From NCBI GenBank assembly GCA_964556685.1, contig CAZKWX010000002.1, positions 10,541-74,540 of the forward strand: DNA of 64,000 bases, written 5' to 3'. The stretch is from an uncultured Bdellovibrionales bacterium (GTDB lineage: Bacteria > Patescibacteriota > Minisyncoccia > Moranbacterales > DUUL01). Positions 57,520-64,000 of this stretch are shown here, piece by piece; position 1 is the stretch's first letter, and every line of letters starts with the position of its first letter. Under the pieces are notes generated by a model. It had not been told where the DNA came from and made no database searches. It was given only the letters and a program-made list of their open reading frames with translations. A program made the translations under genes and the position numbers.

Positions 57520-57822
57520 TGGGTTATCAGCTTAAAATCCTATCTTAGGTTGAATTCTCCCGCCTTTTAACTAAGTAAAGACCTTAATATCTTTTTCTTT
57601 ATTCCAACACGGTTCAATCACTATCGCTTCGTAAAAATTCTCAGGAACCGCTATCTACTACAGATAACAGTAATTTGTCCGCCAGAATCGCCCTAAAAAT
57701 TTTTACTCACCGACAGTAATTAAACCTTAAATTATTCCAAATCATGCTCAATTTTCAATCGAAAGTAACTCTTCTGGCTCGAAATCGATGGATAATTTAA
57801 ATATCAAACCTCGCAAAATAAA

Positions 57823-58815
57823 ATGAAAGCAGACATTTTTATTCCTACCAGTAATCGTGTCAATGCGTTAAGACAATGCTTGGCAAGCCTGAGTTGTCAA
57901 ACTAATCAGAACTTTCGTTTAATTATTGGAGGACTTGAGAAGAGTGAAAAAACAGAAGAAGTCTTAGCTAATTTTTCCCAACTGGAAATTTGTTATTTTA
58001 TCCAAAAGAAAAAAGGGCTGGTTGAGGCGGCCAATGAAGCTTTGGCTAGAACAGAAAACGAAATATTTATTCGAACCGATGACGATGTTTTTTTTGATCG
58101 AGAATGGCTAGCAAATGTTTTGAAAACGTTTAATGATCATCCCGAAGTTGGCGGAGTGACTGGCCCTACCATTATGAGCCAAGAAGGCTTAAAGTCTAGA
58201 GACTTGACTGCTTATCTAGAGAAGTTTAAAGATAGCAAAAATTTACTTTTAAAATTAATTCGCTATCTTTATTACGATTACTTGTATGAAGGAAAAATTA
58301 ATCAAGTGAGTCGATTCCTTGACAGCGGAGTTTTTACTCTAGGTTCAAATTATAAAAACTGTTTGTCATTAAAAGGATTGGCGGAAGTCAATAATCTGGA
58401 AGCCTGTAATTGGTCAGCTAGAACCGGTATAATAAAAAAAATAGGCGGCTTCGACAAAACTTTCCGAAGAGGTTTGGGCGAATATCACGAAGCTGATGCG
58501 GCGCTCCGAATCAAACAATTGGGTTACCGATTGGTCTTTAATCCGCGAGCAAAGGTCTATCATCGAGTGGAGACTGGCAAAATTAAGAAAGCTCGCCCCG
58601 AGTCGTTTTGGAGAATCCAGAATTTTATCATTTTCTATTTTAGATATTTCAGAATAAAAAGTTCTAAACAGCTTTTAAAGTTTTTAACAAATATCGCCCT
58701 TCAAAACGGGTATTATTTTTTCAGATTTCTAACCACTTTCAGTTTTGATCAGTTGAGTGCGATGCCGGGGACGATAGTCGGATTTGTAAGAGTCTTTTTT
58801 AGAATTAAAATATGA
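57823..58815 (+). CDS. Glycosyltransferase family 2
   Basis: IPT.NR, RTDDD, IGGFD, E.D...R. Confidence 0.9.
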   Translation: MKADIFIPTSNRVNALRQCLASLSCQTNQNFRLIIGGLEKSEKTEEVLANFSQLEICYFIQKKKGLVEAANEALARTENEIFIRTDDDVFFDREWLANVLKTFNDHPEVGGVTGPTIMSQEGLKSRDLTAYLEKFKDSKNLLLKLIRYLYYDYLYEGKINQVSRFLDSGVFTLGSNYKNCLSLKGLAEVNNLEACNWSARTGIIKKIGGFDKTFRRGLGEYHEADAALRIKQLGYRLVFNPRAKVYHRVETGKIKKARPESFWRIQNFIIFYFRYFRIKSSKQLLKFLTNIALQNGYYFFRFLTTFSFDQLSAMPGTIVGFVRVFFRIKI

Positions 58816-59612
58816 AGACCAAGAAAACATCATTAACTAGTTTAAAAAAATGTTACTCGCACCCTTCAATAGCACTTTTCAGAGCTATTGAGTTATGGAC
58901 AATCCATGAAAATCTAAAGAATCTTGAATTAAACCAACCTTCATTAGATTTGGGATGTGGAGACGGCAAAATAGCCAAGTTGCTTTTCGATAAAAACTTC
59001 ACCTATGGGGTTGATAATGGGGAAGCGAGAGACGTAGAGGAAGTAATCAAAAAAGGGATTTATCAAAAAGTTTTCTTGGAGAGCGCGGAAAAGATGTCGC
59101 TGTCAAACAATTCGGTGGAATTTGTTTTTAGCAATTGTGTGATTGAGCACATTCCCAATGCTAATGCCGTTCTGACTGAAGTGGCAAGAATCTTGAAGCC
59201 GGGTGGCAAATTTGTATTTACTGTTCCAAGCCATCGCTTTTCCGATTTTCTATATCTAACCGAAAAGTTTGCTTCTTGGGGTCTGGGATTTCTTTCTCAA
59301 TTCTATAAATACAGAAGAAACAAGATGCTCCATCAATTTCACTGCTATAGCGCGCAGGATTGGAAAAGAAAACTGGGCCAGCATGGTTTGAAGATGATAA
59401 AATTTCAATACTATATGCCGCGGGAGGCCTTAATGCTGTGGGATAAAATGGCGCTGGAGATTTTTTTCAGGAAGATTTTGGATAGCGAGGCAGAAAGAAG
59501 GGTGGCAGAAAAATATGAACACGAGATGAAAAAAATCTATGCTGGCTGTGAAACGAACGTTGAAGACGGAGCGGGGCTTTCCATCTATTGTGAAAAACAA
59601 GAATTATCATGA
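58812..59612 (+). CDS. Class I SAM-dependent methyltransferase
   Basis: LDLGCGDG, VIEHIP, RILKPGG. Confidence 0.92.
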   Translation: MKTKKTSLTSLKKCYSHPSIALFRAIELWTIHENLKNLELNQPSLDLGCGDGKIAKLLFDKNFTYGVDNGEARDVEEVIKKGIYQKVFLESAEKMSLSNNSVEFVFSNCVIEHIPNANAVLTEVARILKPGGKFVFTVPSHRFSDFLYLTEKFASWGLGFLSQFYKYRRNKMLHQFHCYSAQDWKRKLGQHGLKMIKFQYYMPREALMLWDKMALEIFFRKILDSEAERRVAEKYEHEMKKIYAGCETNVEDGAGLSIYCEKQELS

Positions 59613-60577
59613 CAACACATTCACCAAAAATATCAATAGGTATTCCCAATTATAATCGACCTAACCTTTTGATGGCGACCTTAAATTCTGCTGCCAACCA
59701 AACCAAAAGACCTTTCGAAATAGTTGTGGTTGATAACGCTTCAACAAAAGATCTATCTGCAGCGAGAAAGTTAGTAGAAAAAAGAGGTTGGAGTTGGTTT
59801 GATAACCAGCAAAATCTGGGGATGATGGCTAATTTTAACCAAGTTATTCGCAGGGCCAAGGGAGATTATCTCGCTTTAGTTCACAGCGATGACCTAATTT
59901 CGAAATATTTCATTGAAAAAGCCCAACGCTTCATCCTTCAATATCCCGGTTTTAAGATTTACACTACTAATTGTGCCGGTATTAATCATCGAGATCAAGT
60001 GGTTGCTGAATATCGGCTTTTTAACCAAGATAAAATTGTTTCCCGAGTGAAGGGCGCCAGAGATCTTTGGAATCGTGATTATTTCAGTCTTTTTTCAATT
60101 TTGGGTTGTACGATTTATGAAAGGAAGTTTATTCAAGAACATCTCTTCCAGGAAAGTTGGGAGAATGAGGCCGACTTAGACCAAGCGTTGAGAATTCTTG
60201 CGCAAGAGGATGTGATGTATGTCAACGAGGCGATATATTATACTCGAATTCATGCGGGACAAGCTTCTGCCCAAAACAAATTCGACCAAGAACAGCTGGA
60301 AAAATACATTTGTAACAGGCTGCTAATCCATCAGGAATATCAGTCAGCTTTTGCTATCGTTCCGAAATTTGTAGAAAAAATTAAAGCGATTCACTTAGCT
60401 CAACTACTGGGCAAATATAAGTATCGGCTAGCGGCAGCGCGATCTTTATTGGGAATCAAATCACAGAGGGAATTATTTGGTTTATTTTTACTTTGGCCGG
60501 GTATGGCGGCAAGAGCTTTGATTAGGAAATTCAACTTCCGAAGACGCAGAAGAGAGGTTGAAAGAAATTTAAACTAA
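59609..60577 (+). CDS. Glycosyltransferase family 2
   Basis: IPNYNR, VVDNAST, N.GM..NFN, HSDD. Confidence 0.9.
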   Translation: MTTHSPKISIGIPNYNRPNLLMATLNSAANQTKRPFEIVVVDNASTKDLSAARKLVEKRGWSWFDNQQNLGMMANFNQVIRRAKGDYLALVHSDDLISKYFIEKAQRFILQYPGFKIYTTNCAGINHRDQVVAEYRLFNQDKIVSRVKGARDLWNRDYFSLFSILGCTIYERKFIQEHLFQESWENEADLDQALRILAQEDVMYVNEAIYYTRIHAGQASAQNKFDQEQLEKYICNRLLIHQEYQSAFAIVPKFVEKIKAIHLAQLLGKYKYRLAAARSLLGIKSQRELFGLFLLWPGMAARALIRKFNFRRRRREVERNLN

Positions 60578-60698
60578 GACTATTATAAGAAGGCGATTAG
60601 AAAAGTATAAAAACGTTAATCTGGTGATCATCAAATACATTTCAAAAACAGCTTCGTAGCACTTTGAATTATCTTTGAATTAAAACCAAGCCATAAAA

Positions 60699-61196
60699 AT
60701 GCTACTACTCAGTGAAATAATTCATTTTTCAACCGCTCTCCTGATAGGTTTTCTCATTTCTCGCAGATGGGGCAAGCCCAAATTAGTCTATCCGGCAGCT
60801 ATTTTTGGAGCTTTCTTGGTGGACATCGATCATCTGGTTGATTATTTTTTAGCTTTTGGTTTTGATTTCAATTTAATTCAGTTTCTGTCTGGTTATCATT
60901 TTTTAATCAGTGACAAGCTTTACATCCCGCTTCATGGATGGGAAGTAGTTTTATTATTCTTGCTCTTCTTTTGGTGGTTCACTAAAAAGAAAAGCAACAC
61001 GGCTAAAATAATTTTTCTCATTCTTAGCATCAGTCTCTTCACTCATTTAGTGGAGGACGTATTCACTAATCGAGGGTTGACGGCTAAAACTTATTCTCTG
61101 GTTTATCGGGCGAGTAATAACTTCGAGATAGAAGAAATAGTAACATCGGAACACTGGGAAAAACATTTAAAAATGAAAGAAGAACTCGCAAAATAA
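60699..61196 (+). CDS. Membrane protein, metal-dependent-hydrolase-like
   Basis: H near N-terminus, DIDH..D, PLHGWE, HL..D within TM segments. Confidence 0.6.
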   Translation: MLLLSEIIHFSTALLIGFLISRRWGKPKLVYPAAIFGAFLVDIDHLVDYFLAFGFDFNLIQFLSGYHFLISDKLYIPLHGWEVVLLFLLFFWWFTKKKSNTAKIIFLILSISLFTHLVEDVFTNRGLTAKTYSLVYRASNNFEIEEIVTSEHWEKHLKMKEELAK

Positions 61197-61237
61197 AAAA
61201 TTACAAGGGTTGCGCACCTCCCCGCTTAACTTAACGG

Positions 61238-61319
61238 AAATTTCCCGCAAGCAAAGCATTTTTGCCAAACGTTCACTTCGTTTCCTAAGGTGTCAAAAAT
61301 ACCTTACTTGCGGGAAATT
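61238..61319. repeat. ~80-bp hairpin repeat, copy B
   Basis: aatttcccgcaagc...acttgcgggaaatt, same loop sequence as copy A. Confidence 0.85.
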
Positions 61320-61354
61320 AGATACGGATTGGATAATTTCTAAACGTTACAAAA

Positions 61355-62395
61355 TTGGAAAAGAAAAATTTGCCCACTATTAGTGTTTGCATGGCTACGC
61401 TCAACGCGGAGCGGGTTTTGGGCGAGTGCCTGAAACGGCTGTTTGATCAAGATTATCCACAAGAAAAAATTGAACTTATAGTGGGTGATGGTGGATCAAC
61501 TGATAGAACCAAAAAAATTGTGGAGAACTGTGGCGGTCGAGTTTTTCACAATTCACTCAAAACCGCTGAATCGGGAAAGGCAGTGGCAGTTAAACAGGCT
61601 AGCAATGAATTGGTTTTAATTCTTGATTCTGATAATTATCTTCCTGATCGGAGCTGGCTATGGAAAATGGTTGAGCCTTTTGAAGATCCTGAGATAAAAC
61701 TAACCGAGCCAATCAAATATACTTGGAGGAAGGAGGGCGGTTACATCGAACGCTATAGTGCTCTGATCGGCATGAATGATCCGATCTGTCTTTTTCTGGG
61801 AAATTATGATCGGTGGAATTATCTAACTCGAAAATGGACGGAAGTTCCTCACCGATCTGAAGAAAAAGATGGCTATCTGAAAATAATTCTAACGGAAAAA
61901 GGGATTCCAACCGTGGGGGCTAACGGTACAATCTTTCGTCATTCATTGTTGCAAAGCCTGGAGATAGGTAAATATCTTTTTGATGTCGATATGATTGTCA
62001 AAGAAATTACTGATAGGGGCGAAATCAAGATCGCTAAAGTTAAAGTCGGCATCATTCACACTTTTTGTGAAAGCGATTGGCGAAAGTTTGTTCGTAAGCA
62101 ACAGCGAAGAATTAAAGACTATATTTTTCACAAAAAAAACAAATCGCGGGCTTTTGATTGGGATAAATTTGAATTAGGCGGAGAATCTTCGTTAGGACTA
62201 GTAAAATTTGTATTATCAACAGTTTTAATCTTTCCTCTTTTATTTCAAATCCTTGTAGGCTATGTCCGCAAACCCGATCAAGCCTGGTTATTTCATTTGC
62301 CAGCTTGCTGGATTACTCTAATAGTTTATAGTTGGGGGAAGGCAGTTGGTATTTTTAGTCAAGAAGAAATGAATCGAGATAACTGGAAACAATAA
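61355..62395 (+). CDS. Glycosyltransferase family 2
   Basis: DGGSTDRT, ILDSDN; C-terminal TMs; TTG start. Confidence 0.88.
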   Translation: MEKKNLPTISVCMATLNAERVLGECLKRLFDQDYPQEKIELIVGDGGSTDRTKKIVENCGGRVFHNSLKTAESGKAVAVKQASNELVLILDSDNYLPDRSWLWKMVEPFEDPEIKLTEPIKYTWRKEGGYIERYSALIGMNDPICLFLGNYDRWNYLTRKWTEVPHRSEEKDGYLKIILTEKGIPTVGANGTIFRHSLLQSLEIGKYLFDVDMIVKEITDRGEIKIAKVKVGIIHTFCESDWRKFVRKQQRRIKDYIFHKKNKSRAFDWDKFELGGESSLGLVKFVLSTVLIFPLLFQILVGYVRKPDQAWLFHLPACWITLIVYSWGKAVGIFSQEEMNRDNWKQ

Positions 62396-62412
62396 AAAAT
62401 AATTTTAAAAAA

Positions 62413-63411
62413 ATGAAGAAAAAAACGGCTTTAATCACCGGAATTATCGGTCAAGACGGACCCTATTTGGCTAAATTGCTTTTAAAGAAAAACTATGAGG
62501 TCTATGGTTTAATCCGGCGTTACACCAATCCCAATTTTTCCAATCTTGATTATTTGGGAATTACCAATGACGTTGAATATGTCAATGGCGATATGACCGA
62601 TGAGGGATCATTGATGAATATTGTTAAAACGATTCAGCCTGACGAAGTCTATAATTTGGCTGCTCAATCATTTGTAGGAACCTCTTGGGACCAGGCTAAG
62701 GTGACTACTGAAATCAATTCGATGGGCGTTTTGTATTTGCTTAACGCAATTAAGGACCATTGCCCAAGGGCCAAATTTTATCAAGCTTCCACCAGTGAGA
62801 TGTTTGGCAACAGTTCAAACAAGAACGGCATTCAAACTGAAGAAACTCCTTTCCATCCACGCAGCCCTTATGCCATTTCCAAACTCTATGCTCACTGGAT
62901 GACAGTCAATTTCAAAGAAAGCTATGGCATGTTTTGCGCCAGTGGAATTCTTTTTAATCACGAATCACCTATTCGGGGGAAAGAATTTGTTACTCGAAAG
63001 ATTACCGACGGGGTAGCGCGGATAAAGCTAGGGTTAGAAAACAAAATAAAGCTAGGCAATCTGGACAGCAAACGAGACTGGGGTTTTGCTGGTGACTATG
63101 TGGATGCTATGTGGTTGATGCTTCAGCAAAAAGAACCTGATAACTATATTATTTCAACTGGCAAAACCCATTCTATTCGAGACTTTCTTGATGAAGCTTT
63201 TGGATATATTGGAATAAAAAGTTGGAAAAAACATGTCAGCATCGATCCTCGTTTCAAACGACCAGCCGAACTTTTTGTGCTCAAAGGCAGGTCCACTAAA
63301 GCTCGAAGGAAATTAGGTTGGAGACCTAAAACCACCTTTAAGCAATTGGTGGCGATGATGATGGAAGCGGATCTGAAACGAGTGGAGGAGGAAATCAAGA
63401 AAGAAAAATGA
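62413..63411 (+). CDS. gmd: GDP-mannose 4,6-dehydratase
   Basis: ALITGI.GQDG.YL, YNLAAQSFV, YQASTSE, PRSPY, FNHESP.RG.EFVTRKI, RDWG. Confidence 0.96.
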   Translation: MKKKTALITGIIGQDGPYLAKLLLKKNYEVYGLIRRYTNPNFSNLDYLGITNDVEYVNGDMTDEGSLMNIVKTIQPDEVYNLAAQSFVGTSWDQAKVTTEINSMGVLYLLNAIKDHCPRAKFYQASTSEMFGNSSNKNGIQTEETPFHPRSPYAISKLYAHWMTVNFKESYGMFCASGILFNHESPIRGKEFVTRKITDGVARIKLGLENKIKLGNLDSKRDWGFAGDYVDAMWLMLQQKEPDNYIISTGKTHSIRDFLDEAFGYIGIKSWKKHVSIDPRFKRPAELFVLKGRSTKARRKLGWRPKTTFKQLVAMMMEADLKRVEEEIKKEK

Positions 63412-64000
63412 GCAATAAAGCAGACCAAAAAGATATAATAATTTTTCTCAATGCGTTTTGGAACAATGGCCAAGGAATGAGCGGGGGCGATCAAATGCTG
63501 ATTCAAATTTTTAAAAGAATTCGGGGACATTTTGGTTCGGTGAAATGTTATACAAGTATTGATGGCAGGGAAGTGATCGAGGCTGAAGTCGATAATGTGG
63601 GTTTTAGTGTCTCGCCGAAAATATTTGATCAATTTCCTCTGATAATAAACTACCTATTGAGGACATTTCGAGCGCTGGGTGTTGTTTTTAAAAAGGGCAC
63701 AGATAGCATCTATGGCGGATCAGATTTTTTCCCGGACGCAGCGCCCGCTTTTTTGTATAAATTATTTCATCCTCAAGTTAGGTGGGTTCAGTGTATTTTC
63801 CACATATACCCCAATTGGAAGACCCGGCCGGGCAGTAAAACAAAAAATTTTATTGCTCAATATCTTCAGAAATTTTCTTTGCTGATGATCAAAAAAGCAG
63901 ATATTATTATTAATATCAATTACCAAGTTCGAGAAGATTTAATCAAGCGAGGCTTTGACGGTGATAAAATTGTAGTTAACCCACCGGGCATAAAGTTTGA
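63408..64000 (+). CDS. Glycosyltransferase family 4, N-terminal part (runs off window)
   Basis: Hand translation MSNKADQKDIIIFLNAFWNNGQGMSGGDQ...KIVVNPPGIK, open to the end; ATG overlaps the gmd stop. Confidence 0.75.
   Translation, partial: MSNKADQKDIIIFLNAFWNNGQGMSGGDQMLIQIFKRIRGHFGSVKCYTSIDGREVIEAEVDNVGFSVSPKIFDQFPLIINYLLRTFRALGVVFKKGTDSIYGGSDFFPDAAPAFLYKLFHPQVRWVQCIFHIYPNWKTRPGSKTKNFIAQYLQKFSLLMIKKADIIININYQVREDLIKRGFDGDKIVVNPPGIKF

Noticed and set aside
49456-61319. Glycan-cluster hairpins as canonical integron attC sites
   Set aside because: No consistent RYYYAAC...GTTRRRY boxes at the ends and no integrase in the window; kept only as unexplained hairpins.

Overview
Chromosomal window of a Patescibacteria (CPR, Parcubacteria-type) bacterium. 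The taxonomic call is inferred from the missing rpmD, mostly Shine-Dalgarno-less housekeeping genes, truncated TsaB and MiaB, and CPR-type Cys-rich secreted proteins. The window holds the distal spc operon (rpsN, rplF, rplR, rpsE, rplO, secY, with no rpsH or rpmD), tRNA-Gly, rpoB/rpoC, rpsT, ruvA, peptidoglycan genes (femX-like, murE, murJ, SLT-LysM), miaB-like, thrS, dnaE, lepA, an orphan atypical dnaA, and an ~18 kb surface-glycan cluster running off the right end. The main unexplained structure is a set of inverted-repeat elements. A complete GxxExxY PD-(D/E)xK nuclease domain, bracketed by nested inverted repeats, sits in-frame inside the LepA G-domain. Two IR-bounded ORF cassettes sit between rplO and secY. 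Several families of short palindromic or 7-bp periodic elements lie both between genes and in-frame within essential genes. There are also twin covarying ~90-nt leader hairpins upstream of rpoB and rpoC, and a ~350-nt highly structured non-coding element flanked by 11-bp direct repeats. All calls are from reading the sequence and recognising motifs; no database search was run.
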